Below the pieces are notes generated by a model that was not told the DNA's origin, did not search any database, and saw only the letters and a list, made by a program, of their open reading frames with translations. 64,000 nt of DNA, taken from the NCBI RefSeq assembly GCF_018350175.1, contig NC_058368.1, forward strand, positions 33,358,001-33,422,000. The letters are read 5' to 3'. This document shows, piece by piece, positions 1 through 13,619 of the stretch (positions are counted from its first letter, which is position 1; each line of letters starts with the position of its first letter). This stretch comes from Felis catus (lineage: Eukaryota). A program made the position numbers and the translations under genes.

Positions 1-103
1 GAACCCAATGCGGGGCTCAATCCCATGAACTGAACCATGAGATCATGATCTGAGCTGAAATCATGAGTCGGACGCTTAATCTACTGAGCCACCCAGGAGC
101 CCC
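1..103 (-). mobile_element. CanSINE, 5' part (cut by window edge)
   Basis: Reverse complement of the CanSINE head: ...gagatcatgatctgagctgaaatc...actgagccacccaggagcccc. Confidence 0.9.
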
Positions 104-651
104 TCTCAGTGAGGGTTCTTAAAGAGCATCTGAAAAAAATCATAAATAGTTGCTCACTCATGTGAACCAGAAATATATGTACTAGAAATAACTAGGTTTA
201 CTTGATACATTACTACTGATGAGTGTTGGAACTGTTGTCACTTCCCCAGGGATACTTGGCCTTCCCTAGGTGTTAACGGGCAGAAGTGTAATGTTATTAA
301 TATAAAGACATAATTTGCTGTATGGAAAATTCCTGGAGATTTTTAAATATCCATATGTTTCTATTTGACAGACTCCTAGTGGTGCTTTGCCTGATGATAT
401 GAGGCAACAACAGTGGAGTATTATTAATCATATTTCAGTAATTCCTTCTAAAACATCAACCTGATTTCAACCTTAGCCTTTAGCTTGAATCTAATGTCTT
501 CTTCTAGGGCAGTAGTTTTCAATTGGAGATGTACTTCAGATTTACTTACAGAGTTTTATTAAAATACACAAATAAAATTATTCAGAACATATTAAAGAGA
601 TGTTCTATTTGTTTCCCAAAATTCTTCACCATTGAATTTTTCCTGATCAAC

Positions 652-1014
652 TCTTACAAACTGAATGTTTATGTCCTCCCCAAATTCATATGTTAAAACC
701 CTATTCCCTGATGTGAGGGTATTAGAAGGTAGAGCCTGTGGGATGTAATTAGGATTAGAGGAGGTCAGAGGGCTGGAGGCCTTATGTGTGGGATTAACGC
801 CCCTGTGAGAGTTGGGATAACACTTGCTTTCTCTCTCTGCCCTCAGCCTTGTGAGGATACAAGTACACATTGGCAGTCTGAAACCCAAAAGAAGGCTCTC
901 ACCAGAGCCTGATCGTGATCTTGGACTTGCAGTCTCTAGAACTATAGAAATAAATTTTTGTTGCTTATGAACCACCAGTTTATGATATTTTGTGATAGTA
1001 GATCAAACTAAGAT
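652..1014 (+). mobile_element. MaLR solo LTR (MLT1A/B-like)
   Basis: Starts ctgaatgtttatgtcctccccaaattcatatgttaaaaccc and ends cttggacttgcagtctctagaactatagaaataaattt...aactaagata, typical MLT1 motifs. Confidence 0.8.
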
Positions 1015-1529
1015 ATCAACTTTAACTAAAACCTGGTGGCAAAAGTCTTTGACACTAGAGAAGCTAAGAGTTTTATTTAGTGTTTAGGATAACTGGGTAT
1101 TTTTCCCTACTCAAAGGCAGGTTCCTAAAGAGTGGTAAAGACACTTTTGACAGTCAAATTTCTCACTTAAGGAAGAGAGGAGCATATTGAATCAGGCAAA
1201 ATAATTCATTTTGTTTCCACTGTTAGGAATTATACAAATATTTGCAGAATCTTATGAACTGCCAGATTCCATATCATCCTTGTTCCTCAGAACAAGTAAA
1301 ATAAATAAATAAATAGAACTCTTAAAAACTCATTGACTCTGATTCAGAAATCTGGTGGGTTAAAATTTCCTTGCTATTAGCCTTGTTAAGAAAATGAAGA
1401 ATTACTTCAAGTAAGCATGGCATGATTATTGTTTAACTTATATTGGGTATGGCTATGAAATTGGTTGGGCATTACACCATATCCCATGCTCTACTTAATT
1501 GAATCCCTTGTAATTATTTACACTATTTA

Positions 1530-1949
1530 TTTATGTATTTATTTAATATAATTTATTGTGAAATTGGTTAACATACAATGTATACAATGTGCTCTTGGTT
1601 TTGGGGGTAGAGTCCCATGATTCATTGCTTACATACAACACCCAGTGCTCATCCCAACAAGTGCCCTCCTCAATGCCCACCACCCATTTTCCCTTCACCC
1701 TCACCCTCCCATCAGCCCTCGGTTTGTTCTCTGTACTTAAGAGTCTCTTGTGGTTTGCCTCTCTCCCTCTCTGTTCATAGCTTTCCCCCCCTTCCTTCCC
1801 CCTCTGGTCTTGTGTTAAGTTTCTCAAGTTCCACATATAATTGAAAACATATGATATCTGTCTTTCTCTGACTGATTTATTTCACTTAGCATAATACATA
1901 CCCTCCAGCTCCATCCACACTGCTACAAATGGAAAGAAGATGTGGTTTA
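1530..1949 (-). mobile_element. Carnivore/felid L1 3' end, 5'-truncated, with short 5' inversion
   Basis: T-rich tail, feliform L1 3'UTR sequence and perfect 15-bp TSD tatttacactattta at 1515-1529 and 1950-1964. Confidence 0.9.
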
Positions 1950-2324
1950 TATTTACACTATTTAAAAGGGATTCTCTCCTCTTTGAAAAAACTCATACAC
2001 CTAAAGTTATAAGGGCTAGAAATAATTCACTGGAAGAAGTTGGCCTTTCAAATTGGCCAAGAATCTCTTACTACATGAAAGTGTTCTGAAGAAATCACCC
2101 CACTGGGAAGGACCAATTCAGGAGCTCATGATCACATAGACTATCAAAATGAGAGAAAAACCTAACTGAACTTGTGTTTCCCATGTGAAGGCAGCATCTC
2201 AAGAAGACCAAACTATGACTACTACCAATTGCTTGAAACCTAGGTTTTCTAGACTTTGAAATTCACTAAACTGAAAAGATGATATTCTAACAAGACTGAT
2301 TTGCTGTTATATGTATATTATTTT

Positions 2325-3020
2325 TTTTCCTTTTAACTTCTTAGTCATTTTGCTCCCCTTCCCCCATTTCTGTTAATCATCTCTGTTCTCTGTATCTATG
2401 AGCTTGTTTTTTATTTTTGTTTTGTTTCCACATGTGTTTTGGATCCACATAATAAGTCAAATCATATGGTATTTGTCTTTCTCTATCTTATTTCACTTAG
2501 CACAACACCTCTAGGCCCATCCATGTTGTTATAAATGGCAATATTCCATTGTATATATTTACATAGCACATTTTCTTTATCCAGTCATCTATAGTCAACA
2601 CTTAGGTTGTTTTCATATCTTGGCTATGGTAAATAATGCTACAGTGAACATGGGGTTATGTATATCTTTTCAAATTAGTATTTTTATTTTCTTTGGATAA
2701 ATCCTCAGAAGTGGAATTGCTGGATCATATGGTAGTTCTACTTTTAATTAGTTGAGGATTTTCTGTAGTGGTTGCATCAATTGACATTCCTGCCCACAGT
2801 GCACAAGGGTTCCCTTTTCTGTACATCTTTGTCAACGCTTTCTATTTCTTATCTTTCTGATTATAGCCATTCTAACAGATGTGTGATTATATTACTTTGT
2901 GGCTTTGCTTTGCATTCTCTGATGATCAATAATGTTGAACATCTTTTCAAGTATGAAAGGGTCTTCTGTGTATCTTCTTTGGAAACATGTTTATTAAGGC
3001 ATTCTGCCTATTTTTGAGAT
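2325..3020 (-). mobile_element. L1 3' fragment (ORF2 end/3'UTR; carnivore or L1MA-like)
   Basis: Antisense L1 motifs: atcatatggtatttgtctttctc, gtggaattgctggatcatatggtagttcta, tatagccattctaacag. Confidence 0.85.
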
Positions 3021-4438
3021 TATTTTGATATTATATTCATATTCCTTAATTCTTATTACTTTGCATTTTGCTTTGAACTTGATAGATATTTCTGTGGCTG
3101 CATAATACACCGAGAAAATAAATATGACAATGGAAACCTTTTGAAAATTATAACATTACCGTGAAAGTGTAATGGAAGAGGAATTAATTGTAAGTGTGAA
3201 TGAAAATTATCTTCTCTGTTTATAAAGGGCAAAAAGACCGTTATCCCTGCCTTTTCTTGTTTCCTTGGAGATATAATGAATCTAAGTCCTTGTTCTAACC
3301 ATTGTAAATAAATAAACCTCTGTAGATATTAAGATCAGTTTCTTCTCTGTCTCACTCTCACTCTTTCTCTCTCTCTCCCTTTTTCTTTTCTTTTTGTTCT
3401 TTTGTTCTTTTTTCTTTTTTCTTTTTTTTTATAATTTAGAGATATTTCTAAAGTCACATGCTAACTAACCTTTGGATATATAAAATAAGTACTTCTAAAA
3501 TTAACTCAACATTTTCTCTCATCGATGGATAGAAGATTTTTCATAAGTTTACAGTCTTTGTCTTTTCAGAGAATACAAGGACTTATTTTCTGTTTCCTAC
3601 TTTAATGTATTAATTACAACTGATTTTTTATTCTAATTTGTAGTCATTTTTTTCACTAGCTTACATGCATCTGATCCATTAATGCCTACCCAATAATAAA
3701 CTTTGAATATTCTCTCCTGTATTAGTATGGAAGGATCTTCTTATTGTCAGGATTATTTTATTTTCCAAATCAATCCAACTATAATGTACTTGGAAATGTA
3801 ATATCAATATACTTGATAATGGTTGTGAATAAGTTATCTTCTCTCTCTACAAAAATTTGTACACACAAAGGTTTTATTTTTTTTTCTTTGAAAAGTTATG
3901 ACATATATGATACTCTCCAAATTGCTCCCCATTTACCTAAATAAGTCAGATACTACTTTACCTATTTGCACTTAAATTGCAGATTTTATGACACTTCACT
4001 CATACCTAATCCTACATACATATTTGAAATATAAGGCTGTCCTTCTGCATTACTCCAATACTATTGTCATACCTTACAATATTTTCCATAAATGTATGAT
4101 ATCATCTAATAATATGCCCATATGCAAGTGTTCTTTTCAATGTTCTCAGCAGTACCATTTAATATAATTACTCATATCCCTTCTTCCCTCAACCTACATT
4201 TACTTTTGTCTTCTGTGATTTGTAATATTTTTACTAAACGACATCTTCAGAATGTTGATACCTCTTCATTACTCACTTCAAAATTCCTGCTCTGTTGAGA
4301 TGGTGTTGAATATTTACTACAATGAAATTTTTAAGTTTTATTTTAGCAATTTTAGTTGTTCTTTGTGTAAACAAGAACACAGTCACTGCCCACAACACAT
4401 TATTATATTAAATTTAGAATAACTATGTATTTAATTTT

Positions 4439-4660
4439 TTTATAATTAAAAAAATGTTTTTAAGTTTCTTTATTTTTGACAGAGACAGAGTGTGAGCATG
4501 AGCTGGGGAGGGGCAGAGAGAGGAGACACAGAATCCGAAGCAGACTCCAGGCTCCAAGCTGTCAGCACAGAGCCTGGGGTGGGGCTTGAACTCACGAACT
4601 GTGAGATCATGACCTGGGCCGAAGTTGGACGTTTAACCGACTGAACCACCCTGGCGCCCC
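4439..4660 (-). mobile_element. CanSINE (SINEC_Fc-like)
   Basis: Full reverse-complement copy; TSD aactat(g/a)tatttaatttt at 4421 and 4661. Confidence 0.95.
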
Positions 4661-5372
4661 AACTATATATTTAATTTTAACTTTAAATATAATAATATAT
4701 TCTAAGTATAATTAGTCATAATTAAAAAAATAAGTCAGATTTATTAAAGTAAAATTTATATGTGGGTACACAAAATTTTTAAGCACTTTACTTTCCTTGT
4801 CTTGAGATTTATAATCTGAATTACTTTTCATTACACCAAGGTACATGTAACCCAGACTAATTTACTCAAAAAGTCTATATGATTGGTTTACTGTTTTTAT
4901 GTACCAATTTAGATACATTTATGATACTGTCACAAAGGAGTGTGGTATGGTATACGATGGGTAGAAATGCTTTGAGTTATAGTCATTTTGTATCAACAAA
5001 GTATAGTTACAAACACAAAGCTATTTTCTGGCTTCTTTTCCTATTTATATGTTCTTTTCACATAGAACATTATAAAATTTCTTTATTTGATATTTGGATT
5101 TGTGTCATCTGCTAGGTCATGTTTAGATACAAAAAAATCTTCTATTTATGTATTTATATATGTATATATTCATTTATTCAGCAAGCAAAGGCTAAGAAAA
5201 TGTTTTAAATATGAAGATGTACATTTTTCTTCAGAGTAATAAAAGGTTATCCTTTATTTTTCTTTTTTTGTAATCATCACTACTCCACATATTCTAGATC
5301 TGCTTTTTGGGTCTGCTCTTACTTTATTAGAATATTACACCTCCCGGATTTTTCTCATTTTTAAAGAAAAAA

Positions 5373-5570
5373 TTTATTATTATTTTTTTAATGTTTATTT
5401 TTGAGAGAGAGAGAGAGAGAATGGGGGAGGGGCAGAGCGAGGGAGGGAGACATAGAATCCAAAATAGGCTCCAGGCTCTGAGCTGTCAGCACAGAGCCCT
5501 ACCTGGGGCTTGTACTCACAAACCGTGAGATAATGACCGAGCTGAAGTCAGACGCTTAACCGACTGAGCC
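5373..5570 (-). mobile_element. CanSINE (SINEC_Fc-like), lacking the extreme 5' end
   Basis: T-tail, (GA)n, ggctccaggctctgagctgtcagcacagag...accgactgagcc. Confidence 0.93.
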
Positions 5571-6516
5571 TGTAGGTGGGACTCTTTATGATGTAATCCT
5601 TCTTGCTAGACAATGTGGAGTGGTCAACAATCACTACAGTTATTCTAGTTGCTCTTATCCCGACTGTGTCAGACCCCTCTTGATACTATCATTCTAACAG
5701 GAAAGCAAACAAAAATGGGTCTCTTCTATCCTAGGAAAGTTCATTACTTTCTTGAAGTTGCTTAATTGCAATTTCTTTATACCCACAATTCTCACACAGG
5801 TTTTAAAGCTGACATTGTGTAGCTTTTTGTTGCTTGTCTGAAAGTGATGATCTCTAGTGACTGTCTATATCATAACCAGAAGGTAAAGGCCTAATGGAGT
5901 TAAAACCACTTAAAAATATCCATGTTTAATATTCATTCTATTCTTGTATCTCCCATGTAGCCTCGTGTTTATCTCTATGTTATTTTCTAAAATCTCTGGG
6001 GACAGGTTTTCAAGTTTGCTCTCCACCAAGTTAATTCAGTTTTCCAAGTGAGAATTCTTATCCTTTCTGTGTCCAAAGAGTATTTATTTCTTCTCTTTTA
6101 CTTTTTATTTTCTCAAAGTTTTCCTTAGGCTATTAATGTATTTTTAATTTTTGCCTATTTAATCATCTCTCCATGTGAATTTCTGATTCTATTTAGAAGA
6201 TACATCTTGATTAAATCTACTGGGATGCTCAACATTTATTATCTATTTTTAAGAATGACTTCAGAAGCATGTTATTATAGTCATTCAAAGCAAGAGATAG
6301 GCAGAATGCAGTCATATGTTCCTTAAATAACCCCAAGAATTTTGGACCCATGTGTTAGAAAAGCATGAAAATATTTCAGGACTGAATGAAGTGGTAAACC
6401 ATTTGATTTGATCCAATCAAATAGTAATAACCCTTAGTTAAGATTAAATAATTTTATATAACCTAATGAGACAATGCAGTTTGTAAAAATGAAAAAAAAA
6501 GTACTTGGTACTTCAT

Positions 6517-6933
6517 GTGTTTTATTGGCTAGGGATGCTGTAAAAAAAATACTGCAGACTGGGTGGCTTGAGCAACAGACATTTATTTTCTCAGTTCCGG
6601 AGGCTTGAAGTCTGAGATCAGGTTGACATCATGGTGAAGATCTCTTCCTGGCTTGTAGGCAACCACTATCTTGGGTGCTCATATGACCTTCTTTCGTGCA
6701 CATAATGAAGGTGGGGGGAGTGGAGAGAGAGGCAGAGAAGAGGAGAACAGGTACATAAGAGAGTGAGCTCTGCTGTTCTTTTTAAGACACTAATCCTATT
6801 GTATTAAGGACCCCATACTTATAATCTCGTCAATGTTAATTACCTCCTTATAGGCCCTATCTCCAAGTCCAGGGACACTGGTAGTTAAGGCTTCAACATA
6901 TGAATTTTGAGCACACACAGTTCAATCCATAGC
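6517..6933 (-). mobile_element. MaLR solo LTR (MLT1A/B-like)
   Basis: cagactgggtggcttgagcaacagacatttattttctcagttccggaggc...ggcttcaacatatgaattttg...ttcaatccatagca. Confidence 0.82.
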
Positions 6934-7529
6934 ACCATACTGGCATACTATTGGCATAAAAATATAAAATATAAAATTGGCACAGTGGTCTTAGTCATGA
7001 GAAAAAAACGTGCAGTAGTTCTTTAGCTCCGGATCTTATATCCTGGTCAGACAACATGGTTGGTGGGAATCCTTACCCAGCTAAGAATTTACCTCAAAAC
7101 TGTTTAATAAATGACCCTTCATTTTTTTCTTTCGTGGATACACCATTTTCAGCCACGGTAACATCAAGAAGAAAAAATGGCAAATGAAAATTAGAATGTT
7201 CCTTTTGTGTGCATAGTTGAGAAATTGATGAATATTTGCTAATGTAAATTCTTGAATCTTATGAAAATTTGTTCAGAAGATCAAGAAACTTGGCTATTTG
7301 AGATGCTTGATTGAGTAATTGATTTAAGCTTTTTATTTTAAGTAGAAGAATATAAGAGGGTTTATTAATTTCAAATAATAGTGGGAAATTTAAGAAAACT
7401 TGAATTTCACTATATTACAGGTTGAAATTATTGTGTACAAGTGATAATTTAGGTAATAATAAATGTTTGGTCTTAGTTTTTTGTTTACTTAGCTTTTGTT
7501 TACCCAAAATTTTATGAGAGAGATGTCTT

Positions 7530-7660
7530 TGTTTTCCCCATTTAACACAACTGAGTCCCCAAAATGTTACAAGTCTTCTCAATGCTGCACAGACACTAAC
7601 TGGGTTAGGATTTGGATCAAGGCATCTCATTCCAGAGTTCATACTCTTCATTAATATTCA
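7530..7660 (-). mobile_element. MIR fragment
   Basis: Diverged MIR core in reverse: ccccatttaac...actgag...ggatttggatcaaggc...ttccagagttc. Confidence 0.5.
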
Positions 7661-8173
7661 ATACTGCCTCTCACTGTAAGGCTTGCCACAGTAAAAAAAA
7701 AAAAAAAAAAATTAAGTCAGTAAATGTTTAATGTTGTCATTAATGATTCATATTAACATTAAAAAGAAAATTGAATGTACAAATGTATCTAAATTTCGAT
7801 ATGTTTGGGAGTTTATTTTCCTAAAGGCTATCGTACTGAAAATGCTTGTTAAATTTGTTATATCCTTCAGAAGAAAAAACAAATTTATATATCACATCTC
7901 AAAACTTAATAAAAATTTTTATTTGATTGTTTAAATTGTTTTGAAAACATAGTAACCCCCACATAACCACTTATTTTTATATATAGTCAAATACACATTG
8001 GCATGATTATCTTCTAAGAATTTAGAATGCTGTTGTATATCCCTTTTTTTGCAGTAAATTCTTTAGTTTTTGACAATTTAGAATTAGTTTAGGTTAAATT
8101 CTTCTCAGGTGGGATATTTGAAATATAGTCTTTGCATTCACTGCTACTTTCATGTTAACAAAAAGATATTCAA

Positions 8174-8375
8174 GGGGCACCTGGATGGCTCAGTCAGTGA
8201 AGCATCTGACTCCTAATTTTGGCTCAGGTCACGATCTCACAGCACATGAGTTCCAGCCCTGCGTGGGGCTCCTCACTGACAATGAGGTGCCTCCTTGGGA
8301 TTCTGTCTCTCCTCCCCCTCTTTCTACCCCTCACCTGCTCATGCTCTCCCTCTCAAAATAAATAAACTTAAAAAC
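8174..8375 (+). mobile_element. CanSINE
   Basis: ggggcacctggatggctcagtcag head, CT-rich region, aaaataaataaac tail; flanking aaaagata repeat. Confidence 0.93.
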
Positions 8376-8754
8376 CAAAAGATAGCCAAAATAATGTCTA
8401 AGATTTATAGCTGAAGTAAACAAAGATGAGCACAGTTCCCAAACTAATCCCAATTAGTGGACTTTCATCTAGTATGGCTGTGCTCTACTGCAGGGACACA
8501 CAGTGAACACAGATGAATTCCATTAAATCCTGTAATTCTCTGCCTGCACTATAGCCACCACAGTCCTTCCGTTATCATTCATGTTTAGGATACACCGTGC
8601 CATCCATACCTTCCAGGTTGCGGTGCAACACTAACAATTTCCATGCCTACCTCTGTCCCATATAGTTTCTGTTGTTAAATATTTGTACCCTATCTTATAG
8701 TACATTCCAAATCATATTTAAATTCAGTGATGAATCCCTGAAACCAGAAAATTA

Positions 8755-8960
8755 GGGGCTCCTGGGTGACTCAGTTGGTTAAATGTCCAACTTGGTTTCT
8801 GCTCAGGCCATGATGTCATGGTTCATGGGTTGGAGCCCCACATCGAGCTCTGTGCTGACAGCATGGAGCCTGCTTGGGATTCTCTGTCTCTCTCTTTCTA
8901 TGCCCTCCCCTGCTTGTGCTTGCTCTCTCTGTCTCAAAAAATAAATTAACATTAAAAATA
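8755..8960 (+). mobile_element. CanSINE
   Basis: ggggctcctgggtgactcagttggttaa head, CT region, A-rich tail. Confidence 0.93.
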
Positions 8961-10243
8961 CAATCCACAAATTATATCATACATGTTGCTGTCTCTCGTG
9001 TTAAGGCTGGTATTATCCCTAACATGAAATAGGGTGGAATCTGCCAGAGAAAGTAAACAATCTGAAGAATTTTACCTTGAACTAATTCTCTGTGAAGAAC
9101 AGTTTCCTTTATTGTTTAGCATTGAGTCACTCAATTGGTCAAGGTCTAGGAAAATATGTAGGATATTTCTAAGAATGAGAAGGGTATAATTTATTTGCTT
9201 TCTGATTAGGAACATCAACTTTGGAGAAAACAATATTTGGCTTCAATTCCATCCTGTCTATATAGGAGATGAATTTGGTTAACTAAATTAATGCTTCTGA
9301 ACTTGAATTTTTGGTACATGAAACGAGTACACTTCATATTTTAAGAATTTAAAAGATTATATATATATATACACATAAATATACAGTATTATTATATATG
9401 TAATATATAACAATACAATATATTGTGTATATATAATATACAGTAGCACTGTATATAAGTATATAAGCATATACTTTTAGCACAGTTGCTGCACATAATA
9501 ACTACATGAATTGTAAATATTATTATCTGCCATTATGCTAAATTACCATAAGTCTGCTTAGAATTTTCTTATGTAGCTTTTTATTTAATACCTAGTTTTA
9601 TCAAATACAGATAAAACTAGGCCTCAACTATTTAAGGACATGGCTCAATTTTATTTTGATGCACCTACATCACATCTATACTATAATAATAAAAATAATG
9701 CGCATCTGTTAAGCATTCCCTGTGAATCTAAGAGTTATAAATATTCACCATAAAATAAAAAACCAAACAAGCAGATTTGGTCCTTGAGGGCAGTAAAATT
9801 AAATCTAATTATTTTAATAGCACCTTCCCAATAATATATTGATTGTTTGATTGTGAACTCATGCTAATATTAAATTTATAATATGGTTTATATTTCAAAA
9901 CTATTAATAGGCTATTGTAGGAAACTGAATAGTTACTTCACCCAGATTATACATGTTTTTTATTCATTTCTAAGAATTCATACTCCTATAGTTTTGTAAT
10001 TGAGTCTGCCATAATTAAATGCTAATCTCCTATGTTAAAAAAAGCAACTATGATTCTAATGTGTATCTGTGCATTAGACAATGACTAGCCTATGTGCTCA
10101 ATTATGGAATCCAGGACTCTGGATTCCATCCTGGAGATGAAAATTCAGTAAATATTGGATTAGCCTTTGAATTTATAACAATAATAATAAACAGGTGCTC
10201 TAATAAAGAAGGTACTTTGCTTCTTTAGAAAAGTGTTTTTCCT

Positions 10244-10449
10244 GAGGTGCCTGGGTGATTCAGTCAGTTAGGCCTCTGACTTCAGCTCAGAACGTCTGTG
10301 GGTTTGACCCCCGCATTGGGCTCTGTGCTGATCGCTCAGAGCCTGGAGCCTGTTTGGGATTCTGTGTCTCCCTCTCTCTCTGCCCCTCCCCTGCACACAT
10401 TCTGTCTCTCTCTCAAAAATAAATGAACATTAAAATTTTTTTTTAAAAA
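10244..10449 (+). mobile_element. CanSINE (SINEC_Fc-like)
   Basis: TSD agaaaagt(g/a)tttttcct at 10227-10243 and 10450-10466. Confidence 0.93.
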
Positions 10450-10468
10450 AGAAAAGTATTTTTCCTTT

Positions 10469-10520
10469 GGAGTGCCTGGGTGCCTCAGGCTCTGCCCTGA
10501 CAGTGCGGAGCCTGCTTGGG

Positions 10521-10559
<39 letters not shown>

Positions 10560-10576
10560 ACGTAAACTTCAAAAAA
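10469..10576 (+). mobile_element. CanSINE with internal deletion and (CT)n
   Basis: ggagtgcctgggtgcctcag joined directly to gctctgccctgacagtgcggagcctgcttgggattc(tc)n. Confidence 0.85.
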
Positions 10577-11179
10577 TATTCTTCCCTTCATTTTTTATAA
10601 ATGTATAATTTTTTAATGTCAGATGCGTTATTTGCATAGAATCATTTTATTAGTGTTTGAGGTTAATTTAGAAAGTCAGATGAGGAGGTGCTTGACAGCC
10701 TTCTGACAGGCCACGGGGGTTATCTGTTGTCCTTGTCATGTGCAGCTTTCACATTTGGACCTTAGTGTTGTTCCATGCCATCAGTGAGACAGGCGGATCT
10801 ATGGATCTATCTTCAGAGAAGCATTCTGAGGCCATTCCTCACTTGGATTTGGTTGTGTCCTAAGACGTTGCCTGAAACCTGGGTCTCATCTTCTTATACA
10901 GATTCCACAGAAATCTCCCTTTATCTCATCCCATCCAAAGGGACTTAACTTTAGGGCAAATTCCTCCTTTTCATCTTATATCTTTAAGACCCTCCACCTC
11001 TTCCTGCAATACCTTTTTTCCCCCTTTCAACTGTTCTACAGACTGCATATGCTTCAATATAGTTACACAAACAGGTACCAGATATAGATATAGATACAGA
11101 CATGTTTGCTTTCTCTCCTATTGTGACTCTTGTTTTCTGTCCTATTACATCTATCTTTTGAGCGATAAAATATTGCTCT

Positions 11180-11370
11180 CACCCTTGGCTATATGAACTT
11201 GGACAGATAGCTTAATCTTTTTTGTACCCCCATTTCTCCATATTATACTGCAAATAATATTTCTACTTCATAGGACTTTTAGGTGGATTAAATAAGTCCA
11301 TGTAAAATTATCAGAGCAAGCACCATACAGCACAGTAAGCACTATATGATATTGTTGTTGGTACTATTAT
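11180..11370 (+). mobile_element. MIR
   Basis: tatgaacttggacag...cttaatc...aataatatttctacttcatagg...ggattaaataag...cacagtaagcact. Confidence 0.6.
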
Positions 11371-12679
11371 AATAATAACAATTATTACCCCATGAATGGG
11401 AATAGGGTGAACATACTTAGTAAATGCCACCAACATGTAAAATTTCATATACAAAATATAGAATGGCATTTTTATACAGTTGATATGTGTAGGGGGAAAT
11501 AGAGTTGAACAATTATATTGTGAGTTGACAAAACTAGAAAAGCAGGCAACACATTTTATACCAAATAAAGCTTTACAACTGAATTATCCGATTAATTGTC
11601 TCAATTCTCCCGTTTATTTTATCAATTAAGTTCCTACCCCAACTAATAATTCTACTGGTTCTATATTTTCATTTAAGAATGTAAAAACAAAAGCATTACC
11701 AGGATTTAGCAAGAATAGTTGTCTTTACAATGCTTCAGAAACCCATTTGTTCCCCAATGAATACTAAACACAATGCCATGTTATGTCTAAATCTATCTTT
11801 GAAAAAAAATCGTATGGAAACTACTTTTGGTTATTAGATTTTGAATTAGGTAGAGTACATCATTTATACCACCCATGCATGTAATCACTCATTGATTTAA
11901 TATGCATTGCAGGAGAGCCATCAAGGGAAATAGAGGGTTGATATTAGAATGTGAAATTGCATAAAATAAGATGAATGATAAGGAATTAACCATAACTGTA
12001 TCTGCTTTTCCTCACAGGGGTTTGGTTCAAATAGGAAATTCTATAAGCAGAACTTGAACACTCTGTATTATTAAAGGGTTATATGACATATTTTTAATTT
12101 AAAATGTTTAGTTGTGAGAGAAACAAACCATTTAAGAACACTGAAGTGCTTTAAAGTGCTTCTCAAATATAAGGAGTCTATATATTTTAAAACCGATTGT
12201 TGAGCATAAATTCATACAATGATAATGGAGTTTCTAAATATTTCATAGATAGAGATTTGTATTTCAATCCCCACCTCTGGCCTCATGCACATGACTTACA
12301 AACTCATAGACTCACTGGAGAAATAGAAGAGAAAGGTCTTCTTTCCCTCATCAAAATTGGCAATTAAAATCAGCCAGACACATTATGGTTTTGATAATGG
12401 CTTAGTGTCTTATAATTTTTGTATTGGAGGCCTCATATATGGAGGATTAGACTAGCCAGTGAACAACTATGTGATGAAATAAGGTTAGGAAGGAGACAGG
12501 AAGAGAGGATCTGTAGTTAACACAGAGAAATGCGGATCATATCATTCAGAGAGCCAGTGTAGTGGTTTGCTTGGGAGAGGAATAATAGTGAGATTCATAC
12601 AAGGATTCCCAAGGAGAATGTAGCTCACACTGCCAAAGATTTATAATGTAGAAGAATTTGAGATGAGAAGATATAGAGC

Positions 12680-12810
12680 CTACTTTCTCGTGGAACAGTT
12701 GAGATCAGTGAGGTTGAAATTCACCTTAAAATCACACAGCTAATAAGTAAGTGACAGAGAAAGAAATTGTGCTCCAAATTTCTCATTCTAGAATATGTGC
12801 TTATTTCCCA
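12680..12810 (-). mobile_element. MIR fragment
   Basis: gaggttgaaattcaccttaaaatcacacagctaataagt...gtgacagag, MIR core in reverse. Confidence 0.55.
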
Positions 12811-13206
12811 CCTGAAGGCCAGAAAACACCTGGTTGAGGATTAGGAGGTAATATTTAACATATATTTCTTACCAAGAGAAATCTATTTCAATATGGGTAT
12901 GGGCCAGAGGGTGAATTAAAAGCAGTATTCATTTAAGACTAAGACAGCAGCTAGACTCATTAATGCTTCTTCTGCCTAATATTTGAAAGATAAACAAAAG
13001 ATAAACTCATTAATTTTGCGCAGATGCTGTGCGAGGTATACTGAATAGATAGATGACAGATAGATGACTGATAGGTAGATAAGCACCATTTGCTGAGACA
13101 ACTTCCTACCCTCCTCACTCCAATTACTCCTTCAAAATAAATGTCACTAGCAGCCTCTTTCTGTAAGTACTTTCTCTTCACCCTTCTTAAGAAATCAGGT
13201 CTTTCT

Positions 13207-13423
13207 GGGGCACCCGGGTGGCTCAGCCAGTTAAGCGTCTGACTTTGGCTCAGGTCATGATCTTGCAGTTCCAGAGTTTGAGCCCTGAGTCGGGCTCTGT
13301 GCTGACAGCTCAGAGCCTGGAGCCTGCTTCAGACTCTGTATCTCCCTCTCTCTCTGCCCTTCCCCTGTTCATGCTCTCTCTCTGTCTCAAAAATAAATAA
13401 ACATTTAAAAAATTAATAAATAA
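13207..13423 (+). mobile_element. CanSINE (SINEC_Fc-like)
   Basis: Full length; TSD aagaaatca(g/a)gtctttct at 13189-13206 and 13424-13441. Confidence 0.95.
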
Positions 13424-13619
13424 AAGAAATCAAGTCTTTCTCTTTTGTCCCATGCATATATCTAATCTCCATCATGTGACTATTTATATTACTTGTGACT
13501 TATTGCATTTTGGGATTTCTCAATAAAGTCTGCACTATTCTGCCCGAAGATTGTGTTTGGTTTACCACTGAGTGAAGAACAGAAGTTGTTCAGAACTTAG
13601 AGGTACAATTTTTTTAAAG

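Noticed and set aside
592..975. 127-aa ORF on the - strand
   Set aside because: Lies almost wholly within an MLT1 LTR; no recognisable domain.
11985..12030. Strong splice-acceptor-like sites (also ~30727, 40165, 50020, 61862)
   Set aside because: No nearby convincing donor or coding frame; such motifs are frequent in introns.
13218..13400. MAQPVKRLT/MAQSVKRPT-type ORFs (also 37130, 45155, 53686, 54710, 58530)
   Set aside because: Recurrent translations of CanSINE sequence, not a gene family.
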